DNA from: Candidatus Latescibacterota bacterium
GTDB lineage: Bacteria > Latescibacterota > UBA2968 > UBA8231
Length of the DNA: 64,000 nucleotides
Direction: 5' to 3'
Assembly (NCBI GenBank): GCA_965261395.1
Contig: OZ253462.1
Coordinates: 6,112,001 to 6,176,000 of the forward strand
The translations under genes were made by a program, and so were the position numbers. Under the pieces are notes generated by a model. The model was not told the origin of the DNA, ran no database searches, and saw only the letters and a program-made list of their open reading frames with translations. Shown here piece after piece: positions 9,884 to 19,035 of this stretch; within the stretch, counting starts at the first letter, position 1, and each line of letters starts with the position of its first letter.

Positions 9884-10801
9884 ATGAGTAAGCTCTTAAA
9901 AGGTGTTGTGGCCTTTGCCATAGCGATCGGCTTTACCACATCCGCTGGTGCCCACGATCCGCCGGGCATAATCTTCGAGATGTGGCAATGGCCCACTTCG
10001 CAATTACCGGTTCTGGATGCCGATTTGTCTGAGTGGGATGTCGTGCCAGAGGAGTTGTGGATCACCGAACAGGATCTAAACAACCTCTTGATCACCCAAA
10101 TTGATGTCACTGATACCGAGCCGGATGCGTCTGACTTAGCCGTGCGTTTTACCTTTGGCTGGAACGACGAAACCGAGCGCATCTACTTGGCTTATGATCG
10201 CTACGATGACTATTGGAGCCACCAGCGCGACGATATCGAACTGGCCGTCGATGCCGATCACTCGGGTGGGCTCTACTGGAGTTCGGAAGGGCAGAGCGAT
10301 GAGGAAGCGCAACGTCAGCGAAACCGCCACGCCCAGATTTCCCACTTCTTCTTCCACAGCAAAACGGAAGAGGTTGGAGTACCTTGGAACTGGCACTGGA
10401 TGACCCAGGCCGATTGGTATCGGGGGGAACCTTATTCCGATGGCGCCTATCAGTGGACCGAGCCCGAACTGGGCCAGGAATACAACTGGCAAATCGAGCT
10501 GTGGCACGTGTGGTGGGACGATTTCAACTGGCAAGATCCCGAAGGCAGTATCATCCACGATCTGCAAGAAGGGGAGATCATCGGCTTGGCAGCCCGCCAC
10601 AAGGACGGGGACGTGGGCCTGTGCTGCGGCAATGAAGAGACCGGCGAAGTCTTCTCCGACTGGGCCCTCAACTTCAATGAATCTTCCGAAAACGCCGACT
10701 TCCTACCGGACTGGGTTCTCTTGCCAGTCAACACGGAACTGCTAGCGACGGCCGTTGAAAACGATACTTGGGGCCATATCAAGGCCTCTTTCAATCGGTA
10801 A
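9884..10801 (+). CDS. Secreted CBM9/DOMON-like protein with C-terminal TAVE..TWGxIK motif
   Basis: AAGGAGG upstream of ATG 9884; signal peptide (TSAGA-H); PVLDADLSEW, GWND..RIYL, DIELAVDAD; ends TAVENDTWGHIKASFNR. Confidence 0.8.
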   Translation: MSKLLKGVVAFAIAIGFTTSAGAHDPPGIIFEMWQWPTSQLPVLDADLSEWDVVPEELWITEQDLNNLLITQIDVTDTEPDASDLAVRFTFGWNDETERIYLAYDRYDDYWSHQRDDIELAVDADHSGGLYWSSEGQSDEEAQRQRNRHAQISHFFFHSKTEEVGVPWNWHWMTQADWYRGEPYSDGAYQWTEPELGQEYNWQIELWHVWWDDFNWQDPEGSIIHDLQEGEIIGLAARHKDGDVGLCCGNEETGEVFSDWALNFNESSENADFLPDWVLLPVNTELLATAVENDTWGHIKASFNR

Positions 10802-10824
10802 AAGCTCCAACCGTTTAATTTTTG

Positions 10825-10870
10825 CTACAAACTCTCCCGCTGGCTCTGGCTACAGCGGGAGAGTTTGTAG
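10825..10870 (+). terminator. Long hairpin, probable intrinsic terminator or mRNA-stabilising stem
   Basis: Perfect 18-bp stem CTACAAACTCTCCCGCTG / CAGCGGGAGAGTTTGTAG with a 10-nt loop, just after the stop codon. Confidence 0.7.
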
Positions 10871-10924
10871 TATTGGTCCCAGTTCGAGGCCGGTCCAACT
10901 CATAATCTGTGAACGAAACGAGAG

Positions 10925-11722
10925 GTGAATGAGTTGACCGAGTGGCAACAGGCCGAATACGAAAGCCAGGGTTATCTCCTCGTCGAAGATGCCCTGAGTG
11001 CAGATGAGCTCGACCGCGTCCGACGCGCTTTTGCTGAGGCCGCGCAGGTAGGCGCTCTGGAAGATCTGCCCAATCAAGACGACTGTTTCATCCACCTGGC
11101 AGAACATCCGCATCTGTTCCCAATAATTCATCGGATCTTATCCGACGATGTGTCTCTGCGCTCCCTTGCCGCTATCTCAGTCGAGCCCGGAGCAGCCGGC
11201 AGGGGTTGGCACCGGCAGGTCGCCGGCATGATCGGGGTCCATCATGCCGCCTCCAACCTGTGCCTCCAGCTATTTGTGTGCATAGACGATACCCCACCCG
11301 ACGGTGGCTGTCTGGCCGTGGTTCCGGCGAGCCACCGTTTCAAAGCTGAAGTCCCGTTTCCCGATATCACCTACATAGAAGAGATGCCCCACCACCTGCC
11401 GCTGCGCCTAAAGGCGGGGTCGGCCGCAGTGCTGCACGGCAATCTCTGGCAGGCGCGCACAGGCAACCGCGCTTTTGTAGCTCTGCGACTGCTCGAATAC
11501 TCCTACGTCCATAGCTGGATGCGACAGGCCTTGCCAGAGCTATCGCCGCAGGCGCTGGAGACGATCTCTGCCAGAGATAACCTCGCCCACCTTTTTGGCG
11601 TCGCCGCCGCGCCCAGTTATTGGACGGGCAAGGTAAAGGGCTATCCGAGCTCGGATGGCCTTCCTCAGAGACGCTACTCGCCGTTGGGCAGCGTCGGCAA
11701 GGGCACCGAGCCAAATCATTAA
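10925..11722 (+). CDS. Phytanoyl-CoA dioxygenase (PhyH) family protein with a degenerate Fe-binding triad
   Basis: YESQGYLLVEDAL, GGCLAVVPASH, LKAGSAAVLHG. GWHRQ replaces HxD and LWQAR replaces the distal His. Confidence 0.85.
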   Translation: MNELTEWQQAEYESQGYLLVEDALSADELDRVRRAFAEAAQVGALEDLPNQDDCFIHLAEHPHLFPIIHRILSDDVSLRSLAAISVEPGAAGRGWHRQVAGMIGVHHAASNLCLQLFVCIDDTPPDGGCLAVVPASHRFKAEVPFPDITYIEEMPHHLPLRLKAGSAAVLHGNLWQARTGNRAFVALRLLEYSYVHSWMRQALPELSPQALETISARDNLAHLFGVAAAPSYWTGKVKGYPSSDGLPQRRYSPLGSVGKGTEPNH

Positions 11723-11755
11723 ATTGCCAAACTTTATGAAAAACTGGGCCCCAAT

Positions 11756-12514
11756 ATGACACCTGAACAAGTTAGGCAACAGTATAACTCACAGGGATTT
11801 GTCTTTATCCGCGGGGCGCTGTCGGGTGCCGAGGTGGAGCGGGTACTCAATGCCTTCGACCAGGCGGCGAAGAATGACTCGCTTTACGACCTTCTCCATC
11901 AGGACGAGGTGTTCGTCGATATGGTGGACCACCCCGTCATCTTCCCAGTCGTGCGAGCGGTTCTAGGGGAGGATGTGCAACTGCGCTATGCCCATGGAGG
12001 CGTCAGGGAAGCCAACACCGAATCGGGCGGCGGCTGGCACTGCGATCTTTGCGACATAATGGGCGTGTATTTGCCGGACTCGCTGATCATGACCAAAGTC
12101 TTCACCTATCTGGTGGACGTCCCCGAAAACGGTGCCACCTTCGCCATCGTTCCCGGCAGTCATCGCTTTGCGATGGGACATCCCTTGCCCGACATTGAGA
12201 ATCACGAGGATATGCCACATCACGCCAAGTTAACGGCCAAAGCCGGCGACGCAGTGCTCTTCAACGGCTACTGCTGGCACGCCCGCTTTCACAACCGCAG
12301 TAACAGCGACCGCAAAGTGCTCGAGTACTCGTACGTCCACTCGTGGATGAAGACGCAGTACGACTACCGGGACCTGCCCGCGTCCATTCAGCAGCGGATT
12401 ACCCAATCCCACAATCGGCGCCAGCTCTTCGGCGTCCCAGAGCCCGGAGTGAGTGATTGGGAGCGGAGACTTGAAGGCGGTGAACCCAATCGCCCAATCG
12501 AAGTCGGCATTTGA
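11756..12514 (+). CDS. Phytanoyl-CoA dioxygenase (PhyH) family Fe(II)/2OG oxygenase
   Basis: GWHCD, NGATFAIVPGSH, AGDAVLFNGYCWHAR..N....R. Confidence 0.9.
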   Translation: MTPEQVRQQYNSQGFVFIRGALSGAEVERVLNAFDQAAKNDSLYDLLHQDEVFVDMVDHPVIFPVVRAVLGEDVQLRYAHGGVREANTESGGGWHCDLCDIMGVYLPDSLIMTKVFTYLVDVPENGATFAIVPGSHRFAMGHPLPDIENHEDMPHHAKLTAKAGDAVLFNGYCWHARFHNRSNSDRKVLEYSYVHSWMKTQYDYRDLPASIQQRITQSHNRRQLFGVPEPGVSDWERRLEGGEPNRPIEVGI

Positions 12515-12522
12515 ATAACTTC

Positions 12523-14463
12523 TCACATGTAGGTTATGACATTGCCGCTCCCGCCCAGCAACGTATCGATGATGGCCCAGAAAGCGGCGACGGAGACTTC
12601 GCCTAAGATCAAGCCCAAGAAAAAGGGCTTTAAAACGCGGTAGATCTTGGGACCGCCAAAGTGCAGAATCGTCAATTTGCACAGCCAGGCGAGCAGGGCG
12701 GCAAACCATATCTCGCTGGTGAGCCAGCCAATGGCCAAAGGAAAACCCAAAGGGTGGAACGGCCACCAGTACCAGCGCTTCTGGGCGACCATCAGAAAAG
12801 CCTCGAAGACACCACCGAGGCCGGTGAAGACCCAACCGCGCACATCCATCCCCCGGGGATTGTGCATCAGCGACAACCACAGGTCCCAGTTGCCGCCAAA
12901 GCCGGCATAGGACCCTAGGTTGATGCCGCCATAGGTGTACCCCAGATGCAAATTCATCGCCGTCCCGCCGACCATACTGCACACCAGAGCCAGTAGCAGG
13001 CCCAGCAAAAGGCGCCTCTTCGAGCCGCGGACCGATTCGGCCAGCTTGAGCGCGTTAGCGCAGGCGAGCATGGGGAAGAGGCGCATTTCCGCCTGCCACA
13101 CCATAGTGAAGCACAGGGCTACCATGCCTTTGGCACCCAGAATCGAAGTGCCTAGTCCCGAGATGATGAAATAAGGTGCCACTAGCGGGGGCCGGGCCGT
13201 GGGCACACCACCGGCCGCGACGACCCGGGTGATGAGAATGTAGTAGATCAGGCAAATGAAGAGAAAAACGGGAATGACGAGGGGGGGAAGCCCCGAGCGC
13301 CACAGCCAGAAACAGACAAAGAGCAAACTGGCGATCAGACCAAAAAAAGCCAGGCGGTAGGACATCAGCTCCTCGCTGTCGTCGACGCCACTGGCCGGCC
13401 GCCAGGCCGTGGCTACCACATCCCGCAAGTGGTGCCTGGCCGTCCACAAGCCAAAGAGTACAAAGACTATGGTAGCGCCCACGGCCTGATGGGTCAGATC
13501 TGCCAACTGGGAGTACTCGTACTGACTCAGCTGCTCGGTGCTGTGAATGCCCAAGGTGCGGAAGAGTCCGTCCTGGAGCTTGCCTATTAAAAAAAAGAAC
13601 CAAATGCTGAGGGAAATATTCAAATCGACCAGATAGAAAAACCCAAGCCAGGCGTAACTAAGCGCCAGGCCTTCTCCCCAGGTGTTGATATCGCGAAACC
13701 AGTGAATCCAGGCGATGTAAAAGGGAAATTCGGGCACGATCGGCAGGTAGTGGTTTAACCCCGAAAAACTGAATAGAATGAAAGGCACGCCAAAGCCGAG
13801 CCACATCAGTTTTTTAAAAAAAAAGGGTGCCACCTGTCCCGGACTCGTGCCTTCGATCATCTGCAGGGGTAGCTGCGTCATAGGATAACTAAGACGCTCG
13901 TGGGCCGACCACTGACGATGTAAAATAGTGGCCATGCATATCATCATAAAGCTCAAGCATAAAAAGAAAGCAAACCAGTGCGACAGGGGTTCGATCCACG
14001 CGGCCCAGGGTATGGATTGGCCGCTTGGCAATCCCTCGTAGAGTGCAAAAATGGCCTTTTCATCTTGGGGTACCATCCAGTCAGGGATATGAGGTAGATA
14101 AACTTCGGCGAAATTGTTCTCCGGCGAGGCCATGTAGTAGGGGGAGGAAATCATGCCGATCAGATAGTTAAGGAAATTGTAGGTCGGCAGGGTTACCGCC
14201 ATCAGCAGCATGGAGTAAACGAGGATGAGGTCGGCCCGGCCCAGGGCAAACTGACGCTTAATCAGCCCGAGGACGAGGTTGACGAAGAGGGTGAGCACAA
14301 AAAAGAAAAAGATGGCACCGGGCGACGAACTGTTGATACCCACGGAGGAGGCCTGAAGCATAAAGACAACAAAGGGCGCGCAGAGGCTGACTATCAGTGA
14401 GAAGAGGGCCCCGACAACGATGCCTTTGAAGGTGAACGGGGATTTAATGGGTTCAGGTGGCAT
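12523..14463 (-). CDS. DUF6785/DUF6784-type multi-TM membrane protein (putative transporter)
   Basis: About 16 TM segments; QW..HERLSYP and WWPFHPLGF motifs; paralog of 25317-27311. Confidence 0.8.
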   Translation of the reverse strand: MPPEPIKSPFTFKGIVVGALFSLIVSLCAPFVVFMLQASSVGINSSSPGAIFFFFVLTLFVNLVLGLIKRQFALGRADLILVYSMLLMAVTLPTYNFLNYLIGMISSPYYMASPENNFAEVYLPHIPDWMVPQDEKAIFALYEGLPSGQSIPWAAWIEPLSHWFAFFLCLSFMMICMATILHRQWSAHERLSYPMTQLPLQMIEGTSPGQVAPFFFKKLMWLGFGVPFILFSFSGLNHYLPIVPEFPFYIAWIHWFRDINTWGEGLALSYAWLGFFYLVDLNISLSIWFFFLIGKLQDGLFRTLGIHSTEQLSQYEYSQLADLTHQAVGATIVFVLFGLWTARHHLRDVVATAWRPASGVDDSEELMSYRLAFFGLIASLLFVCFWLWRSGLPPLVIPVFLFICLIYYILITRVVAAGGVPTARPPLVAPYFIISGLGTSILGAKGMVALCFTMVWQAEMRLFPMLACANALKLAESVRGSKRRLLLGLLLALVCSMVGGTAMNLHLGYTYGGINLGSYAGFGGNWDLWLSLMHNPRGMDVRGWVFTGLGGVFEAFLMVAQKRWYWWPFHPLGFPLAIGWLTSEIWFAALLAWLCKLTILHFGGPKIYRVLKPFFLGLILGEVSVAAFWAIIDTLLGGSGNVITYM

Positions 14464-14497
14464 GGGTGAGGTGGACCGGCTAGAGGTTGGGCCGTAT

Positions 14498-15328
14498 TCA
14501 GCGCTGGACGTACTTGTAGGCAGCAGCTGCGTTCTGCCACCAGTATTTCTGCACTGCTAATGTCCCCTTGGATTCGAAATAAGCGCCGACAATGGCCTGC
14601 ACGGTGGCGTGGTCGCTCGATATTTCACACACCGGCCAGTTGGAGCCGTATATGAGCCGGTCCTCACCAAACGCGTCCCACAACACTTCCAGCGTGGGCA
14701 GGTAAAATTCGAGGGCGGCCGGGGCCGGCTGCACCTGACTGTACTCTACTAGGCCGGAAACCTTGCAAAAAATCTGCGGCCAGGCCGCCGCTGTGCGCAC
14801 GTATTCGACCCAGTCGGGATCGGGCGCCTGGCCGTCTATCTTTGGCTGGCCGCAGTGGTTGAGCACCCAGCGCAGATCGGGCACTTGGCGCGCCACCACC
14901 CATAGCAATTCGGCCTGCTGGGGGGACACGCTGATATCCACTTGTAGGTCGTGGTCGGCCATTGTCCTGGCGCGCTCGATGGCACTGCCGTCGTCTGCGA
15001 CAAATTCAGAGCCAGCGCGAATACCTCTATACAGCGGATCGGCGGCAAAACGCTCGATGTGGGCACCGAAGCCGGGTCCGGAATCGACGTGCCCGACGAC
15101 TCCGACGATCCAAGAGTCGCTGGCGGCCAGGTCGAGGAGCCACTGGTTATCTTCGAGCCAGACACTAGCCGCCGTCGCTACGGTGCCGCCGACGCCGGTG
15201 GGTTCGGCCACTGCTCTGTGGTGCTCCGGCAGTACGGTCCGGTAAATGAGCCCGTCCTCTTTATTGGGCCAGGGCACTCCCTGCGGGCGATGAGGATCGT
15301 AGAAATGGGTATGAGCGTCGATGATCAC
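14498..15328 (-). CDS. Amidohydrolase_2 family (sugar lactonase-like)
   Basis: IIDAHTH, VLNHCG, CKVSG, RLIYGSNWP; GTG start at 15328 preceded by GAGAGG. Confidence 0.9.
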   Translation of the reverse strand: MIIDAHTHFYDPHRPQGVPWPNKEDGLIYRTVLPEHHRAVAEPTGVGGTVATAASVWLEDNQWLLDLAASDSWIVGVVGHVDSGPGFGAHIERFAADPLYRGIRAGSEFVADDGSAIERARTMADHDLQVDISVSPQQAELLWVVARQVPDLRWVLNHCGQPKIDGQAPDPDWVEYVRTAAAWPQIFCKVSGLVEYSQVQPAPAALEFYLPTLEVLWDAFGEDRLIYGSNWPVCEISSDHATVQAIVGAYFESKGTLAVQKYWWQNAAAAYKYVQR

Positions 15329-15482
15329 TAATAGCCTCTCATGTGTCCTTGTTTTGGCAATGGACAATGCCCCTGCGATCCCCAGTTTTGGCTGGACCGA
15401 ATTAGTTATATATTCGCTCTCGATCGCTGGCCCATTTCCCGACGCTGGCTATTTTTCGATTTGGCAAGGAGGAGTTGAACTC

Positions 15483-16010
15483 ATGGAGGAAGATGAATAT
15501 CGCCTAGACCACTATCCGAGTGGAAAAATAAAAAGCCGAGCCAGCTACAAAGATGGAAAACTGCACGGAAAGAGGATCGAGTATTACGAAAGCGGGAAGA
15601 TATGCAAAGAAGGCACATACGACAACGGCCATAAGGACGGACAATGGGTCGCCTACGACGCCGATGGTGGGGTAGAATACAAAGGGGAATACAAAAACGG
15701 GCAAAAACATGGTAAATGGGTCGGATATTTCGCTAGCGGTGAGCTGCGCTACGAGGGCCGCTTTAAGGATGATAAAAGCGAGGGAAGATGGGTCGAGTAT
15801 TACAGAAATGGAAAAGTAAAAGAAGAGATAAACTATAAAAATGGGCGATTTGACGGGAAGTGGATTTATGTGGACGAGAACGAACAACTAAGAGGGGAAG
15901 GCACTTTTGCCATGGGAAGCGGGAAGTGGATCGAATTTGACCCAACCGGGAAAAAGGTCCAGGAGAGACTCTATAGAAACGGAGCGTATATCAAGGTCGT
16001 ATCTGCGTAG
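15483..16010 (+). CDS. MORN-variant repeat protein (YwqK-like antitoxin family)
   Basis: AAGGAGG before ATG 15483; about 6 repeats of Y..G...(E)G.Y..G..(H/D)G.W; visibly A-rich compared with flanks. Confidence 0.85.
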   Translation: MEEDEYRLDHYPSGKIKSRASYKDGKLHGKRIEYYESGKICKEGTYDNGHKDGQWVAYDADGGVEYKGEYKNGQKHGKWVGYFASGELRYEGRFKDDKSEGRWVEYYRNGKVKEEINYKNGRFDGKWIYVDENEQLRGEGTFAMGSGKWIEFDPTGKKVQERLYRNGAYIKVVSA

Positions 16011-16021
16011 GTGAGCCCCCA

Positions 16022-17842
16022 TCATTTCCCGATGTGCCCGCTTCCTTGGGATTTGCGCTCGAGCCACACCGGGCTCAGCCAAGCCTTGTGCCCATCCACT
16101 TGGCGCAGACGCAGGTAATAGTAGGCTTCTCTGCCTGCTGGAGCGGGCAAAGAGACTGCATTTAGCTCGACATCCCACTCTCCGGGCGTGGCGCGCCAAA
16201 CGCATTGACCATTGGAAATGACCTCAACCACCTCAATGGGAGCCGTGCCGTGCAGGGAGGCGTCAAAGAGCACTTCTTCGTCTTTTCCTAGGCAAGCGGT
16301 GCTCCCCATCGGATTGCCATTCACGGATAGCTGACACAGAATAGGCACGCCCGAAGTGGCGTACGTAGAGCGCTGGTCCATGGCCTGCCAGATGGCATCG
16401 CGGGTCAGTTCGCTAGCCAGGAAACAGGTTAGCCCGATATATTTGCCGCCCATTTGCGTCGGAAAACCGTGGTGGTTATCCGTGCCGCCCACAAAGCCCA
16501 GTCGCCACCCCATCGACAGTGCATTCTGCACAGAGGCTTTGTGTCCGCCATTGATTATGCCCCAGGCCTCATCCAGTTCATCGGCTTCAAAGTTGCCCCG
16601 TCCTTGCACGACCTCGACGAGCCGGACGCGCTCATTCGGCTGCGACCAGTGGTAATGGGACCAGTATTGTCCTCCTGCGATATTAGTGTGGTGCGGCACC
16701 ACTACGGCGTCTTCGGGCCAGGGTATTGCGGATGGATTGAGTTCGGGCTGCCAGTAGCCGGGACCGGCATCGACGGCGGGAGAACGCAAATAGATATTGG
16801 CGTGTCCCAGAATATTGGAACTCTCCCAAGCCGGCAGAGTGACAAAGCGGCCCGGCTGGTAAAAGCTTTGATTGACTCTGAGCGTTTCTTCCCAGGCCAG
16901 GCCCAGGGGTGCGTGGTCTGTCGCTGCGACCACATCGAGGTTTAAGTAATCCCGGGCATAAGCGTAGGCCTCGCTCAGTTGCCGACCGCCATCCAGCGAA
17001 AGGTCCGTGTGAAAGTGGATGGCGCCAAAGAAGTGCCGCTTTGCAAAGGATTGGTCCACAACCGCCGAGCTGGCTGTCGAGCGCTTCGAAGCGCACCGGG
17101 ATTCCGGGGGAGACCCGCAGATTTTCGAGCGCGCAGCGGCCTTCGTCTTGCTCGTCGATGACCACCTCGGCGGGAAGGCCTTCGACGAGCCCGGTTGACT
17201 TCAGTGCCAGCTTACCCCGATAGGTGGGGACCGGATTGGCCAAAGCGTCGGTGGCGAATAACACAACGCGTATGCTGCCCGAATCGTCGGCCATCGAGGT
17301 GGCCCGCACTTCTAGGCGAGATGGGTTTCCGGGGATACTGCGTATCTGGACAGGTGCTCCAATGTTCGAGAAGGCGTTAGCTCCCTGTGGGCGGACCCGC
17401 AATCCGAGCCAGGCGTCGAGCCCGGCATAGGTCGTCGGGGTGGCTGGAGATGGACCATAACCTGCGCGTTTTCGCCGAGTGCCTCCGCCACGACAGCAGT
17501 GCATAGGTGGAGCTGATTGTGTTCGCCCCCTATCAGCCCGCCTCCACCGGGCGTCCCTGCTCCCCGCATCATCTCATCCCAGGTGCGCGGCGGACCATGG
17601 CCCACTACCAGACGGCCGCATCCCTCTGCCACTTCTATGCCCTCTAGGATCCAGTCCATATCGCCGAAAGCGCGAAAATTGCGGATTGTAGCGCGAATTT
17701 CGGTTCCGGCGGGCAGCCCTTGGGGACATTCCAGACCTAGGTGCAGCGACTGTTTTTCTCGCGGGGTCACGACAAACTCTCTGGGGCCACGGTAGCTCAT
17801 TTTGAGCTTTTCTAGCATAGAAAACCTTTCGTAGAAATTCAT
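16022..17842 (-). pseudogene. DUF3604/PHP-like metallohydrolase split by two frame breaks
   Basis: Three consecutive ORFs (17842, 17504, 17059) join at ~17446 and ~17062. C-terminal part has H.HT..S.DG, ATDH, GHAN, PHH, GGTDNH, TYATSG, WLSPVW. Confidence 0.75.
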
Positions 17843-17893
17843 CCTTGCTTGTTGAGGATTAAAAAAGCGAATCTAAAGGTGCAATATTGGCCA

Positions 17894-19035
17894 TCAATAG
17901 GTCACGGCAACAGTTCGCAGTACTTCCCGGTCTGTGACCCCGGCTCCCGCAAGTTCCGCGTTGATGCGCAAACGCCCGCAGTAGATACCTGGTGCCACTT
18001 TCGCGCCGGTATCATCCCGGCCGTCCCAACTCATGCTGTACTGGCCCGTGCTCAGGGATCGCCTTTCGACTAGGTGGCGGATGCGCCGGCCACTCAGATC
18101 GTAGATGCTCAACTCGACGGGACTGTCGTCGCTGAGACGGACGACCTTAAAGACCAGAGCTGCACTATCGTTGATCCCGTCTCCATTGGGCGTGAACACG
18201 GGCGGATGCACCTCTACGTCTATTAGCAGGGCCTTGCTCTGCGCCGTGCCCAGCAGCGTGGTCGTATTACTGGCAACCGAGGCTAGGGCATCGCCTGGAT
18301 CTACTCGTTGCCAGCCCTCTCCGCCGGAGGTGCTGTGGCGCAGGGCCGCCCGCAGGATCGTTCCGGTAGAAAAGAGGGCAGTAGTAAAATCGAGCCGCAG
18401 CAACTCGATCCCATCTGAGGGGCCGATGCCCGAAAATTTTAGCTGCAGGCTGTCCTGTCGGCTGGGCAGGCGGACAACGCCCTCTAGCTGCGATCCTGCG
18501 GCAAAGTTATCGGCTTGCCCTCCGTAGAGCCCAGAAAATTGCAGCTGCATGTCGGCTGAAGCCCTCAGCAGCAATTCGTCAAAGCCGATGTCGCCAGCGG
18601 CAAATTGGGGCCGGATATAGAGTGAAAAGCGGCGTTCCACGCCCAGCGAATCGACTTGGGCGGGGAAGACCTCGCCCACTATACTTTGGACCAGAGGCTT
18701 GGCGAAGTCGATATGGATGGCCCTGAGCGCGGCGCTGGTATCAGGATTTTCCGCTAGCAGCGTGGCCCGGATCTTGAGGAACTCGCGCGGTGAAGGGGAG
18801 AGTATGGGACTGCCGGTAGGGTCGGCATAAGGTTCGCTCCAGTCGCTCCAATCGCTGCCCGGTACGGCCTCTGGAATACTATCGCCCCTAGAAAAGGAGA
18901 GCATATCCCGGTACTCCGCTTCGGTGACCTCGTTGCCGCCTTTGTCAAAATAGTGGAGGACTTGCCCCAGTTCATTGCCGGTACGGGTCTGAATTAGCAC
19001 CTGGGTCCCCGGGGGGCTATCTGCCTCCCAGTCAG
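17894..19035 (-). pseudogene. 5'-truncated paralog of the TPNGDG/FlgD-Ig secreted proteins
   Basis: Homology starts abruptly at DWEADSPPGTQVLIQTRTGN; has WSDWS, SPSPREF, FTPNGDGIND, WDGRDD, TVAVTY; no signal peptide or discoidin part. Confidence 0.8.

Noticed and set aside
13810-13824. T9A6 run (coding strand) in the DUF6785 gene as a phase-variation or frameshift site
   Set aside because: The gene is in frame and the paralog also encodes PFFK here, so the run is explained by Phe/Lys codons
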